Positions 24,957 to 39,031 of a stretch of 64,000 nt of DNA are shown here, one piece after another (within the stretch, counting starts at the first letter, position 1; each line of letters starts with the position of its first letter). The notes beneath the pieces are model-generated. The model made no database searches. It was not told the origin of the DNA and was given only the letters and a program-made list of their open reading frames with translations. The position numbers were made by a program, and so were the translations under genes. Location: NCBI GenBank assembly GCA_951406725.2, contig OX597834.1, positions 30,256,001 to 30,320,000 on the forward strand, read 5' to 3'. This stretch comes from Octopus vulgaris. Taxonomy: Eukaryota.

Positions 24957-25120
24957 TCTGGTGATGTCGGTGAAGAAACTGGTGTTTTTTCCTTTACTGG
25001 GCTATCTAAGAAGGGTGGAGTTTTTCTGTTAAGGGTCGGGACTTCTGTATCTTCCAAATCAATGACTGAGTTGTCAGAGATTAAATCATCAGGAAGGAAG
25101 TTAAATGAAGATAACACAGC
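24957..25120 (-). CDS. PKN: PKN linker exon (AVLSSFNFLPDDLISD...SSPTSP)
   Basis: 164 nt, acceptor ttcctacag, donor gtatgt, phase 0 to 2; A.SSF.FL motif seen in PKN linkers. Confidence 0.88.
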
Positions 25121-25434
25121 CTGTAGGAAAGAAAACAAAACAATCAGTACATTTCCTTAATCGATGCAATGCACGATTAATACAATTTAACATGCACACA
25201 CACACACACACACACACATGTATATATGTGTGAGTGAGTGTATACACACACACACACACACACACACACATATGTTAAACTGAAGAATAACTCAGTACAT
25301 TTTATTTCTAGAGTACACATTTATCATACTTTTAAAAGAAGATGGGTGATAATGACTTTGAAGTTTTGGCCTGCTCAACAGTCCGACAAAGGTCAACAGG
25401 CCAAACCTTCAAAGTCAGTGTGACTTGCATTCTT

Positions 25435-25728
25435 GTAAAGGGGTAAAGACCCCCTTCGGTCATGAATGACCATGGGATTGCACCTAGAAAGTTACCCTCC
25501 TAGACACAAGTCCGGGCAAGGTTGTTTATGGAAGACCAGCAGTCGCCCATGCATACCAGCCTCCCCTCTCCACGCCACCAGTGTTATCCAAGGGAAAGAC
25601 AAAGGTCGATATAGCTTGGAACCAGTGACGTCGCAACTCATTTCTACAGCTGAGTGAACTGAAGCAACGTGAAATAAAGTGCCTTGCTCAAGAACACAAC
25701 ACGCAGCCTGGTCCGGGATTCCAGCTCA
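25435..25728 (-). mobile_element. SINE family D fragment with central ttcttgagcaaggcact...cactcagctg domain
   Basis: The same central domain recurs at about 200-370, 5865-6100, 13980-14160, 35345-35620, 42530-42670, 51230-51405. Confidence 0.7.
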
Positions 25729-26561
25729 AAACTAAATTAATATGATACACATATAATACATATATAAACATATATGTACACACACACACATCAATCATTA
25801 TCATTTAACATCTGTTTGCTATGCCGACATGGATTGGACAGTTTGACAAGATCCGGCAGACTGTGTCTGCTCTGGCATTGTTTCTATGGGTGGATTCCCT
25901 TTCTATTGCCAACCATTTCAGTGTATACAGAGTGCTCTATCATGGAGCCAGTACTAGTGGGGTTGACACGTATGCATGTGTGTGGACAGAGAAAGCACCT
26001 CAAGGACACACCCAGAGCCTCACTGAAGAGCTTTGAGATCAATCCTGACACCTGAGAAACATAAAACTGCCCTGTTTGGGGCGAAGCTGCACCAACAGAA
26101 GAGAATTGCAGAGGCACAAAAGAAAACATCATCATCATCATCGTTTAACGTCCGCTTTCCATGCTAGTATGGGTTAGACGATTTTGACTGAGGGCTGGCG
26201 AACCAGATGGCTGCACCAGGCACCAATCTTGATTTGGCAGAGTTTCTACAGCTGGATGCCCTTCCTAATGTCAACCACTCCGAGAGTGTAGTGGGTGCTT
26301 TTTATGTGCCACCGGCATGGGGGCCAGTCAGGCGGTACTGGCAACGACCTCGCTTGAATCCTTTTACACATACCACCAGCACAAGTCCCGAGCCGACTCC
26401 TTGCCTTCACTCCCAACAGACCACCAATGCCTGACCTGCAGCAAACCCCTTTTGAGCACACATCAGACTGACTGGCCACAGATGGACACACTGTGACCTG
26501 TCCTCCCATAGGATATCCTTGGTGAGAGACAAACTGCTAATAAGAACCTTTTGGCTACAAT

Positions 26562-26870
26562 TTGTTGTTGCTTGTTCCTTCTCGAGCCATGCCTGGCTCA
26601 TAAGGGCCAGTTTCCCGGTTTCTTGGCATATGGGTTCCCCACCTGGATGGGACACCGTCCATTGCAGGTGAGCTGCAAGATGCAGGAGGAAAGAGTGAGA
26701 GAAAGTTGTGGCGAAAGAGTCAGCAGAAGTTTCGCCATTACCTTCTGCCAGAGCCGCGTGGAGCTTAGGTGTTTCGCTCATAAACACAACACATCGCCCG
26801 GTCTGAGATTCGAACCCGCAATCCCTCAACCGCGAGTCTGCTGCTCTAACCACTAGGCCATGTGCCTCCA
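26562..26870 (-). mobile_element. Full-length tRNA-derived SINE with (CAA)n tail
   Basis: A box tggcctagtgg, B box ggttcgaatc; 14-bp TSD cttttggctacaat (26548-26561, 26871-26884). Confidence 0.9.
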
Positions 26871-27011
26871 CTTTTGGCTACAATCCAAGCGTAGTGTGCA
26901 CGTGTGAGTATGCTCACACACACATTAGAAATCATAAATGCAGACTGTTTCTTCAAGACAAACCAGAGTTTCATTTCTTCAAATTATAAAACAAAACCCA
27001 AAAATCCTTAC

Positions 27012-27166
27012 CTCAATCTCTTTTATTGGTGAAACTGGTTTCTGTGGGGTGGTGACAACTTCCGTGGGAGCAGGTGTTGTCTCTGGTTCTTTTTCTTGTG
27101 ATGATGGCAATGGTGAAAACTCCAACTGATGAATTGGAGGACCACGATCTTGAGCAAGAATGCCTC
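27012..27166 (-). CDS. PKN: PKN linker exon (GGILAQDRGPPIHQLEFSPLP...SPIKEIE)
   Basis: 155 nt, acceptor ttttgcag, donor gtaagg, phase 1 to 0; Pro/Thr-rich, frame-compatible with neighbours. Confidence 0.88.
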
Positions 27167-28789
27167 CTGCAAAACGAATACCATTTTGGAATTTTGACAA
27201 AGTTGTTTTAAAATAAATCTTTATTTCTTTTTAAGAGACTTGAACACAAACGAAGCCATAAATAAATAATACCTTTTGCTTCATTCAGTCACTGGACTGT
27301 GGCCATGATGGGCATCATCTTGAAGGGTTTGCTTCGACTATTACTTATGAACCCCTTTGATTCCTATTCTACTCGGGTGGACCCTCATATCCATTTGATG
27401 TTTAAAAAGTCCTTTTATACCCTTATAATTAAATATTAGGAACTGCAGAAAAAACTGTCAAAATATTTTGTGTATTGTAGGAATTTAACCAACTTATTGC
27501 AAATAAATGTTAACAAACAAAATCTTATGTGGAGCTGAAGGGTCATGTGGACCTGAAGATCTATGTGGACCTGAAGGGTCAATGTGGACTCTGGTTGAGA
27601 ACCACTTTAATCAAATTGATCTTATACTTATTTGTTTTCAAAAAGTATATCACTTATTGAATAAATGTAGCCCTAGGTTGGCAAATAAATGGAATTGCCT
27701 GAAGAAATCCAACCCCATGACTGCAGGGCGGGTTTGCACATGGTGGAGTTCATGGGACCAGTACAACCATGTTGCTACTGATACAAGGTTCCAGAATCCT
27801 ACAGGTGGGATTCAGATATATTGTCATCCCTGTCACAACTTTGCTCAACCGAATAACAATCTAATTAGAAAGGGACGGATTAAAAACATTAAAATGTTAC
27901 ATACAAGTGCGGCTGTGTAGTAAGAAGCTTGCTTACCAACCACATGGTTTCCGGTTCAATCCCATGGCATGGCACTTTGGGCAAGTGTCTTCTACTATAA
28001 CTCTGGGCCGACCTGTACCTTGCAAGCGAGTTAATTTGGTAGGTAGAAACTGAAAGAACCCCATCGTATAGGTATGTGTGTGTGTGTGTGTGTGTGTTAT
28101 GTGTGGCTTTGACCCCACTACTGCTTGACCACTGGTGCCGGCGTGTTTACATTCCTGTAACAATTGGCCAAAAGAGTCCAATCCATTCAACTAAAATTTC
28201 TTTAAGCCGGTGCCCCAGCATGGCCGCAGACAAATGACTGGAACGAACGATAAAAGATGATGGGTACTAAATCCGACCGCAGAACTGTTTCATGGAAATA
28301 ATGCCAGGTCAGTTGCTTCAAAAATGAAGTAGCAACCAAGTATCGAATAAAGCTAAAGTATGAGAGGAGATAATGAACAAAAGTTGTGTCAGACGTCATA
28401 ACAAGGTACATAACTCTGCTAGTAACACTTCATTTCAAGCAACAAGGCAATGGAACATTTCATATAAAAACAGCCCACCTCACTCATTGCTAATATGGAA
28501 AAAATGGGAGTAAAATATAATCTTCTCCGTACTTCTCTTCTATCCTTCCTGACACATAAGCCACAATCTAAAATTAACAAACACATCATTGTCCAAGGTA
28601 TTTCTTTCCAATATTTTGGGTTTTTCTTTTATATCATTCACTTATAAACCAACAATAACACTTTTTGTTGTTAGATTCCAAACCCTGACTCTGGGGATGG
28701 TACTATGGTACCCTACATTAACTCTGGGTACCATCATCTTTCTGAGTTTTCAAGGCATCAAAATTTGCTACGGTTATGAAAGGACTTAC

Positions 28790-28924
28790 CTGGTTTAGCA
28801 GTAGGTGGGCTGTACACACCACCTTCACCACAGTTTGGAGGTAAAGATGGGAAAGCACGTTTCATAAGTCGACCCCAAGTTGCAACATTGATGTTCATTT
28901 GACCAGGTCGTAAGAAAGTTTTTC
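28790..28924 (-). CDS. PKN: PKN exon (GKTFLRPGQMNINVATWGRLMKRAFPSLPPNCGEGGVYSPPTAKP)
   Basis: 135 nt, acceptor ttgtag, donor gtaagt, phase 1 to 1; QMNIN.ATWGRL motif. Confidence 0.95.
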
Positions 28925-30508
28925 CTACAATTCAAGAGAGAAAGCATGACACAAATGAAAAAAAAAAAACCCATGTAATATACAAAGATCGTTATGTTAT
29001 AATTTAACTCTTTTGTTATGTTTTTTTTTAATGTATTATATATTTCTTTACTACCCACAAGGGGCTAAACATAGAGGGGACAAACAAGGAATTAAGTCGA
29101 TTACATTGACCCCAGTGCGAAACTGGTACTTTATTTATCAACCCCGAAAAGGAAGAAAGGCAAAGTCGACCTCGGCGGAATTTGAACTCAGAACGTAATG
29201 ACAGACGAAGTACCACTAGGCGTTTCGCCCGGTGCGTTAATGTTTCTGCCAGCTTGCCGTCCACTTAATGTATTATATTACCACCTACCACCTCCACTGT
29301 TTGTTGTTCTTTCACACCTTCATGAATCTACTGACCAACCCACTTTTGGAATCAGTTTACTGCTCCAATTTACTCTTCATCCATATTCTTGTAACTTGAG
29401 GGTAAATACCTATTTCTTTACTACCCACAAGGGGCTAAACATAGAGGGGACAAACAAGGACAGACAAACGGATTAAGTCGATTATATCGACCCCAGTGCA
29501 TAACTGGTACTTATTTAATTGACCCCGAAAGGATGAAAGGCAAAGTGGACCTCATCGGAATTTGAACTCAGAACGTAGCGGCAGACGAAATACCGCTAAG
29601 CATTTCGCCTGGATTGCTAACGATTTTGCCAGCTCGCCTTGAGGGTATATGCCATACTTCATCTCCACCATCATTTCTCCCATTCCTGCTGGGAGTAGTC
29701 ATGTATCTCTTCTACAGTAAGACACCTGTTCCTGTCCATCTTTCACATTTTGGCCTCTCTACATCAAACCCAATACCACCTCCCTCAATACTGCACCCCC
29801 ACTGTCAAAGGGACTTGTCTTGTGAGTTACATGGTGACCACACTAGTGCTTGTGCCACAAAAAAGCACCCAATACACTGTATGAACTGGTAAGCTTTAGA
29901 ATGGTTATCCAGTCATAGAAACCCTGCCAAAGCAGGCATAAGGGACCAATGCACCCTTCAGGCTAGCTGGATCCTGTTGAACTGCCCACTTCATATGAAC
30001 ACAGAAAACAGACAATAAATGATAATTTCTAATGAAATATGAGACCCTTGTTTCAATTAATTTTGAAAATAAAAGAATTTAGTAAAATAACTTTGTCATT
30101 ATGTTATGAACAGAAATAAATATGGGATTTTGGTGAAAGGTTTTAATTCAGATGCTTTTAAAACAAGAAGTCTGTATCATAGAACAAAGGCCGGCCTCAG
30201 GAAACTTAGTATCAAAAGGGTTAAGATCATTCAATGTTGCTTAAATGTGCAAATATTTACCATATTTTTTTTAAAGAATCCCTTTTAATAAATTGATAAT
30301 TTTATAAAATCTGAGCAGTTTTGTGTTCCACAAAGGGAAGAAAATCCTGGAGCTTCTTCTCCAAACTTAGACCAAAACAACAAAAAAAAAGCCATTAGAA
30401 GACTTGACCACATTCAACTGATTCCTGTTCACAGAAGCTGCTACTTAGCTTCCTGAGACTAACAAAGTTTTACTTTATTAAATACAGCAATATTTCAAAA
30501 ATTGTTAC

Positions 30509-30584
30509 CTTTATGTTTAGGGAAAATACGACGCTGTCTTTGCAATTTTGGCCTTCTGGGAATAGTTGGATTCAAAAATGTTAT
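30509..30584 (-). CDS. PKN: PKN exon (ITFLNPTIPRRPKLQRQRRIFPKHK), PKL/pseudosubstrate-like region
   Basis: 76 nt, acceptor tttccag, donor gtaaca, phase 0 to 1; RRPKLQRQ motif. Confidence 0.95.
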
Positions 30585-30831
30585 CTGGAAATATAAATAT
30601 AAATATGCATATTCAAAAGTTCTAAATATATACATTTGAGGTATTTCATACATATATACATACAATATATATACATGTATACATATGTACATGTATTAGT
30701 TTGTTCATTCACCTATCATCCATTTATTTAAACTGTCATGAGTTATAAACATATGCAGGGAGGAAATCCCCTGATTTGCTCCCTATACTCAACACACAAT
30801 GATATGAAAATGTAAGGGTGTATCTTTTTCC

Positions 30832-30913
30832 GCCTCCGATGAGATTCGACTTCAAAATGTTTTTAATTACACTAATTAGTTTCTAGAGTCTTGAACGGAA
30901 ACAGCTGTCAGAG
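30832..30913 (+). ncRNA. Degenerate hammerhead motif (core CCGATGA)
   Basis: CCGATGA...long stem II region...GAAAC-agct-GTC-agag in an element that ends in a TA run. Confidence 0.4.
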
Positions 30914-31960
30914 ATGATGTCCAATTTTGTAATTAATAAATAATTATTAATTTAATCATCTCTATTTTCTGAAATAAATAAATATATATATCCATCTACT
31001 TATACACACATAGAAGGATATCGTCATCAAACTTCTTAAACAAATGGTGATTGATGTCTGGGCATACACACACACACGCATATGTATGTCATCGTCATCA
31101 TATTAATGCTCACTTTTCCAGGCTTGCCTGGGTCAGAATTTTACTGACATAGATTTTCCAGAAACAGATACCTTTTCTTTCACTAGTCCTTCCCTATTTC
31201 TAAGCAAGGTAATATCTCCCCCATAGCCTGGCATATTCTTGTCGATTATTTATTTCTTTATTGCCCACAAGGGGCTAATCACAGAGGGGACAAACAAAGG
31301 GATTAAGTTGATTATATCGACCTCAGTGCGTAACTGGTACTATATTTATCGAACCCGAAAGGATGAAAAGCAAAGTCAACCTCGGCGGAATTTGAACTCA
31401 GAACGTAACGGCAGACGAAATATGGCTACGCATTTCGCCCGGCATGCTAACGACTCTGCCAGCTCGCCATAGATTATTAGTTATTTGTAGAATATTGAGT
31501 TATTTCCCTTCACTGATTTTTGGCTGCTACTGCTAATGATGGTGAGCTAATTATCACAAAGTTTCACTTAATTAACACCAACATAATATACATCAATATA
31601 TTTATATACATACATAGAGAGAGAGGGAGAGAGAGAAAACTTAAGTTAACATGAAATTTTGATGGTAGGTATTAATTTAGATCACTTTAACCCTTTTGTT
31701 ACCATATATCTGACAAAATACATTGCCTTAGTTTCAATGAATTTTGAAAAGAATGAAGAATTTGGCAAAATAACTTTGTCATTTATTAAGCTGGTGTGTG
31801 AAAATTAAATGTCAAAGAATTTTGAATGAAATCATTTTAAAACAGCGGTAGTTTCAGGTAGATTGGTATCAAAAAGGTTAATATGACTTAATAAAATCGA
31901 ATAAATTATATTTTAGTTGGTAAGGAAGAAATAGAAAAACAAAAACAAAAATGTTTTTAC

Positions 31961-32104
31961 TTCAGCAAATAAAATTCCTTGCGGTTCTAAATGTATTGCC
32001 ATGCCATGTCTTTGATTATCAATGAAATCTTCAAGTCTTAAAAATTTTATAGCACACATTTGACGCCAGTCTCGCCAGTGAATGGCAATTTCCAGTTCTC
32101 GAGA
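31961..32104 (-). CDS. PKN: PKN exon, C2 domain ([48 protein letters not shown])
   Basis: 144 nt, acceptor ttatag, donor gtaaaa, phase 0 to 0; close match to the PKN2 motif. Confidence 0.96.
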
Positions 32105-32759
32105 CTATAATAAATATATAAAAAAAAAAACATACGATAAAAATAAAAAATAATCAAATTACAATAATAATAATAATAATTAATTCTTTTTATTGGCCAC
32201 AAGGGCTGACAAACATGATTGGAAAACATAAAGGGACAAAAACAGGACGAAAAGGTTACAAAAGGTTTTGACCGTTTTTCGAAAGAAAAAAGTCCGTGTA
32301 AACAAGCTTTACAACAACGAAAAAATTCAACAATTTATGAAGCTCCCAATAGAGGAGACGTTTCGAAAAAAGGAAAGGTCTCACATGGAAAAGCCCATAA
32401 AAGTCACAGGAGCCTGGTCAAAAGGGGGGGGGTAGAGAGCCCCTTTCTCCTTTTATTATAATAATAATAATAATAATGATTTCAATTTTTGGAACAATTA
32501 AGGGAAGGGATAAGTCATTCAGACCAACCCTAAGACTTGACTGGTACTTCATTGTTTTTTTTTTATCTCGAAAAGATGAAAGACAAAGTTGATCTCAGCA
32601 GAATTTAAATTGACAACATAGAGCCAGAAGGAATGCTGCTAACCATTTTGTCCAACACACCAGAGATTCAGCCAGCTCACTGCCTTCATAATAAGAGCAA
32701 TGGTTTTAAATATTGGTACAAGGCCAAGAATTTTAGGGGAGGAATAAGTCAATTACACA

Positions 32760-32972
32760 AGAAGGACTGCTGAAAAGTTCCTGGCTTTAAGGGGATTGCG
32801 AAAGGCCTGGTTGGAGGCCCAACCTTCCGAGTTCTTTTACAGGGCTTAGAAAAACTGAAGGACCGCTGCAATAAATGTGTGAATCTAAGAGGGGAATATG
32901 TTATTCAAAACCATAATTAACTGATCCTCCTGTATGTTCTTTTACCCAAAGCCAGGAACTTTTCAGTCCCAT
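32760..32972 (+). mobile_element. Mariner-derived MITE nested in a SINE
   Basis: 19-bp perfect inverted repeat ctgaaaagttcctggcttt (32770-32788) / aaagccaggaacttttcag (32948-32966); internal remnant resembles a mariner C-terminus (KC..L.GEYV). Confidence 0.8.
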
Positions 32973-34107
32973 CCCCCCCCTCCCAAATAAAAGTACTTGA
33001 TTGATACTTATTTTATTGGCCCTAAAAGGATGAAATGCAAAGTTAACCATAATGGAATTTGAACCCAGAACGTAAAGGGCTCGAAGAAATTCTGCAAAGT
33101 GTTTTGTCCAACCTGTTTGAACTCGATGTAATTAACCCAACCCTGCACATCAAAATTGCTGGCCTGATGCTTTGATAGGAAGAAAATTATTTTCTTTTGC
33201 TATAAGCCACTTTCATAATGACCTTATACTCAACACTTCACAGCTCAAAACTCAGACGTCTCCCTAATTCCTGCAGTGGTTTTTTTTGGGGTTTGTTTCC
33301 ATTTAATTTTTTTTAATACATTTATTCCTCAGATTTCATTGCCATACATACAGGTGTACCTGTGTGGTTAAGAAGCTCACTTCATAAACACAAGGAGTTG
33401 GGTTTCAGTCCCACTGTGGAACCATGACACCAACCAATGTCATGTGTATGGAATTGATGGATTGAAACTGTATGGAAGGTAGCCAAATTTTCTTTTGTGT
33501 GTGTGAGAGAGAGAGAGGAGAGAGGAAAAGCAGAATGTCAACATTTTAAGATTTCCCTGGTCACTGTCTAAGCAAAACAGTGACAGGATATTTAAACTTG
33601 TTGACATTATGACCAAGCACTCAGCACTTTTGGAAAACAGTGAAATGATTAAAAAAGACAAAAAAACCCTAGTTCCCCAAAATGTAAAGCTTGGCAACAA
33701 GATGGGCATCTTGTATTAAAAAGTTGACTGAAATAAGCCCCAAAATATTGCCTTGGACCCTATCTGCAAAGTTGAGCGTCCCACAAGCGTAAATATACTT
33801 TTTTTCTTGAATAAAGCAATCCTGAAATTGGTGGTGGTGGTGGTGGTGGTGGGTCTTTTATGCCATCAAATATGGTAAATCAGTGCAATAGTTTTTACTG
33901 ATAATAGTTTCAAATTTTGGCACAAGGCCAGCAGTTTTAGGGGGTGAGTAAATTAATTACATCAACCCCAGCAACATTTGAACTCGGAATGTTAAGTCAG
34001 ACAAAGTACCGCTAAGCATTTTGCCTGGCCTGCTAACAATTCTGCCAGCTCACCACCTTTGATAGTTTTTACTAATAATGAAGACAAGTTTCAGAGTAGA
34101 ACTTTAC

Positions 34108-34217
34108 CCTATCTAAGTTGATACTTGTTCTATAATCCCAACACTGTTGGCTACAGGGTTTCCAGGGGGTCTGTCCAACATGCTGGTTATCTAGTTTCAT
34201 CACAGCCATAACATCAT
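34108..34217 (-). CDS. PKN: PKN exon, C2 domain (NDVMAVMKLDNQHVGQTPWKPCSQQCWDYRTSINLDR)
   Basis: 110 nt, acceptor atttcag, donor gtaaag, phase 1 to 0; not in the ORF track, found by reading the minus strand; KLDN..VGQT.WKP...Q.WD motif. Confidence 0.95.
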
Positions 34218-34980
34218 CTGAAATATCAAAAGAGAGAAAAAGAAAGAAAAATCACCATAAGTTACAAGTTTAAAAACTCAACGTTGAAATGGTCAAGGGG
34301 AAAATATTTCATAATTTAAAAACAAAAAAGATTCAGGGAGAACAAAAGAAAAATATAAATTTGGTTCAGGCTTTCATTATCATTTTTAACCCTTTTGTTA
34401 CCATTAATCTTTTATTACCTGACACAAAGCCCATTTCCCCCCTCAATGCCCTAATTTCCCCCACAAACTCTGTTGAAGGGCCTTGTCTTGCAAGTTACCC
34501 AGTGACCTAACTGGTGCTGGTGCCACATAAAAAGCATCCAGTATACTTTGTACAGGGGTTTATGTCAAGAAGGGTATCTAGCTGTAGAAAATACTAAAGC
34601 AGAGACATAGGAACTTGGTCAAGTCTCTTGGCTCACCAGCTCTTGTTGAACCATCCAGCCCATGCCAGTATGGGGAACAGATGTTAAAGGATGATAGTGA
34701 TGATGATGTTGATGATTTCTTCCCAAAATACACTGCCTTTGTTGCAATTAATTTTGAACATAATGAAGAATTCATTAAGGTAACTTTGGCAATATTAAGC
34801 TGGTTTTCTGAAACAAATCAACACAGAGTTTTGCTGGAAGGTCTTAATTTAGATTGCTTTGAAAAAGGGAATTTGCATCACGGAACTAGGGGTAGTCTCA
34901 GGTGAATTTGTATCAAAAGAGTTAAAGAATATATTTTCAATATTCTCTTCAACTAAAAAGTAAACAAATAAATTTAAAAA

Positions 34981-35030
<50 letters not shown>

Positions 35031-36102
35031 CACAAAGAAAAGAAGGAAAAAAATGTCTTAAATATGCTAATTGTTTTTAGACAAGAAGCATTGAGTGTTT
35101 CACTCTGGAACATTGTCTAAATGTCTGCAGTGATCTGTGAACTTACAGTCCAATGACTGAGCTCATTATCTCACGCACTGAGTTTCTTACATAAATCATA
35201 GATAGTTTATCAATGATCAAATACCCTCGTACCACCAAGAACTCCCCATCCAAGTTCCAACATTAGATCAATCATATGAATCCATGTGTTCTTTTTTAAA
35301 AAATGGCAATTTTAGAATTTTCCTTTGTTTCATTTCAATGTGAAGGTACAAGACCTAATGGTTAGGGTATTGTAATCATGATTGCAAGATTATGGGTTCG
35401 ATTCCCAGGCTAGCCAGCACACTGTGTTCTTGAGCAAAACACTTCATTCCACACTGCTCCAGTCCACTTATCTGGCAAAAATGAGTTACCCCACGAAGGA
35501 CTGGCCTCCCATTCAGTGAGGAAAAATAGTGATCTTGGTTGCTTGTATACCATGCGAACTGGTCAACCAGCCCTGTGAGTCCCGGGGCTTGAGACAGTAA
35601 TTGTAAGGGGACTTATTACTATTTTCATTTCAATGGTGTGTGTTAAGATCAGGCACCTACAGTAAAAGCTCCTTTCCTTTTCAAGATTTCACTGACCATC
35701 CATCCACTGAAAAACAAAATAAACTATATTCTATCCCCTGAATCCTTCCTATTTGCTATTTTAATCCTTACTATGCAGGAATCGAATATATTCAGTTCCA
35801 TGCATGTGCACTTGAGACACAGGAACCAAGTTAACTTGTCTTTGGATATGCAGTATTTTCCTTCTCAACTGTAGCCTGACTCAATCAAAGGAGAATCTTA
35901 GTCTTGCAAGCTGCATGGCAACCTCACTAGTGCTGGTGCCATATAAAATAAAGCAACCAGTCAACTTTGTAAAGTGAGTAACATTAGGGAAAACAGTTAG
36001 CCATAGAAACCATGCCATGGTCAACTTTAGAGCACAATGTGGCTACTGGACTCATAGGATCCTGTCAAACTGTCCAACCCACACTAGCAAAGAAAATGGA
36101 CA

Positions 36103-36472
36103 TTAACCCTTTAGTATTTAAACCAACCAGAACTGGTCAAAATATTATGAGTTTTATGTTGAAACTGGCTTGATCCAACCTCTCATGCCTACCCTACAAT
36201 GTCGTTCTAAAATTATGCAATCACATCATCGAAATCTTGGACATTAACCCTTTAGCATTTAAACCAACCAGAACTGGTCAAAATATTATGAGTTTTATGT
36301 TGAAACTGGCTTGATCCAACCTCTCATGCCTACCCTACAATGTTGTTCTAAAAATATGCAATCACATCATCGAAATCTTGAAGCTCTGAGATTAATTAAG
36401 CAGGATTAATTCCAACTAATCTAAATAAATAATCATCACCTTTGACAGTGAGATCCAAAGGCTAAAGGGTTA
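36103..36472. mobile_element. Second piggyBac-type MITE family copy with internal 141-bp tandem duplication
   Basis: ttaaccctttag(c/t)atttaaacc ... gctaaagggtta; relatives at about 57413-57629, 37700-37861 and 18375-18575. Confidence 0.75.
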
Positions 36473-36898
36473 TATGAAGATAAATTATTCAGAAATAAGT
36501 TTTTGCTTAATAAATCCCGAGAGGATATAAAAGTGCAATCAACAGATATGGGGAAGATACAGATTGAAACACCCAACAACAGTATCTAAAGAACCAGTGA
36601 GAAAATTAACATAAAAGATTTTAACATGCCAGCAAATATTTAACAATTTTTTTTAAATAAAGAAAGAAAAAAATTTCAACAGGAAATTCAAATTAAATAT
36701 GTAAATATTATGGTATTTCCAAACTTTTAAATTAAAAAATAAATAGAATGAAATAAAATAAAATAGCAAATAAAAATAAATAAATATAATTATGTATTAA
36801 TTAATGTCTTATTGGTTAAAATGGGCAAAACAGAATACCGAAAATATACATGATAAATATAACAAAATAGACAATATATGTATACCTATGTATGTGTA

Positions 36899-36943
<45 letters not shown>

Positions 36944-37037
36944 ATAAAAAGGGTGAAATTAATTAATTTGGAATAATCATTAATTTCACCAAGTAGAGTT
37001 CGGCATGTCAAAGCCCCATTCAAGGAAGGTTTAAGTA

Positions 37038-37256
37038 ATACTAAGTAATTAAGGGTTTAGCAACGATTTGCCTCACCACACACCGAATTTAGAAATAGCA
37101 GTCAAAGAGTTTTGGCTATTCTTTCTACTTTTAAGTAGAAAGAATAGCCAAAACTCTTTGACTGCTATTTCTAAATTCGGTAAACTCTTTGACTGCTATT
37201 TCTAAATTCGGTGTGTGGTGAGGCAAATCGTTGCTAAACCCTTAATTACTTAGTAT
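37038..37256. repeat. Perfect 93-bp palindromic fold-back with 2-nt spacer and a 31-bp direct duplication in the right arm
   Basis: Left arm 37038-37130, right arm 37133-37256; duplicated unit 37151-37181 = 37182-37212. Confidence 0.95.
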
Positions 37257-38395
37257 ATATATACATACATACATACATACACATAATGAATATATGTAGA
37301 TATTGGTATCATCTTTATTATAATTATTTCAATAACATGGATTAGATTGATCATTTAACATACCAGAATCAACATAAGCAATAATTACATAATTTCATGC
37401 AATATTCATATGAGTGTCGGCTGAGGTAATTACCTGGATTTTCCCCGCTTCACATATACAATATGCACACACACACATAAATACACATATGCATGCACAC
37501 ACATATACATATATACACACACACATTTCATTAAATACATGGTTAGGCTTATTTTATCCTTTTTATTTCCAATTTTTTAATATATTCTTTTTCTTTTTTT
37601 TTTACAGTTAGTTTCAAACAATACTATACAAAAAAAAAAAAAAACTAAGAAAATATGTAAAATCTAGAATAAAAAGGATAAAACTTGAATGCAGTTATGT
37701 ATTTAATATTCTACTTGTTTTATGGTCAAACTGACCAGATCTGGCCTCTTAAACAATGTCACTGAAATCTCAAAGCTAGGAGATAATGCAGGATTAATTC
37801 AAAACAATGTGAAGAAATAAACATTATATCTGACAGAACAATCTGAATATGAAAGGGTTAATGAAACATCTATACAAGAAAAGCTGGTCCCCAACACATC
37901 ATATTTCTGTCACGGGGTCAAAAGACATTTAAGGTATACAAATATCTTTCTGTGTCATTATTTTTCCTGTTGTCAAATTTGTTTCTTTCATTAGATAGAA
38001 TTTTTTTTTGTTACTCATTCTTCTCTAACTTGTCTTTACCATCCATTTAACAGACCTCATCTTGTCACTGCACTTGTCTCATTTTTTTCCCCCTACTCGT
38101 GTTTCTCTATCATGCCTGCTCATTTCTACCCTAGCAGCTTATGTCACTCACACCACCCAACTGCACAGTTTTGTCACAAGGTGTTAAAATTGTAATGATA
38201 TTTGGTTGACAACTGATGAAGGGTGTCGAGCTTGTCTGCATTTGTTGTGCATGCGTTTTTTCTTCCTATTTTACTATATTCTTTTAATGATGGGAGCTGT
38301 AAGATCATGTCCATGCTGGAGCAGTCTCACATTTTTATTTTATGTGCACACACACATTTACACACATATATACAGATATGCACTAACAATATAGT

Positions 38396-38437
<42 letters not shown>

Positions 38438-38989
38438 AAATTAATAATAAATGTTTGCCACTTAGAATACAACAGCCTTAATTAAGGATACAACAACAAG
38501 AGCAACAACAACAACAAGAAATGAGCTTACATAAATTAAAAGATAAATTCTTCAAAAGAAGAGAAAAGTATATTACAACAATTAGTAAGTTAATAATTAG
38601 TAAAAAAAACAAAACCAATAAAAAGTATAGAAAATGTAGCAGTACAAGCATAAATGAATGAATAAAAAAATATATAGAGAAAATAAAAATACAGAACTTT
38701 TAGATTTCAGAATTTAATGTCTAAAGCCATCATCAAAAATAAAGGAGAACAAAAAAGGTCTAACTGAACACATTGGCTCCTAATAGATAACGATGATTAA
38801 TTTCATCAAATTCTTATCAAATGGCAAACTTCAAAAGTGGGAATATTTAGCTGAGATAGGTTGCAAACACGTGTATGTGTAGTTCTAAATATAGGGTTTC
38901 ATGTGTTTATGGGAACAGCAATATCAAATTCTCTCTCTAATATACATACATATATAGACGCACACATTATGTATATCGTTTTGTGCATG

Positions 38990-39031
<42 letters not shown>

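Noticed and set aside
26790-26870. tRNA gene
   Set aside because: It is the tRNA-like head of a SINE with body, tail and TSD; no proper acceptor stem.
35147-35170. ATG AGC TCA GTC ATT GGA CT|gtaagt mini first exon
   Set aside because: Phase 2; joining it to exon 34217 gives an immediate stop.
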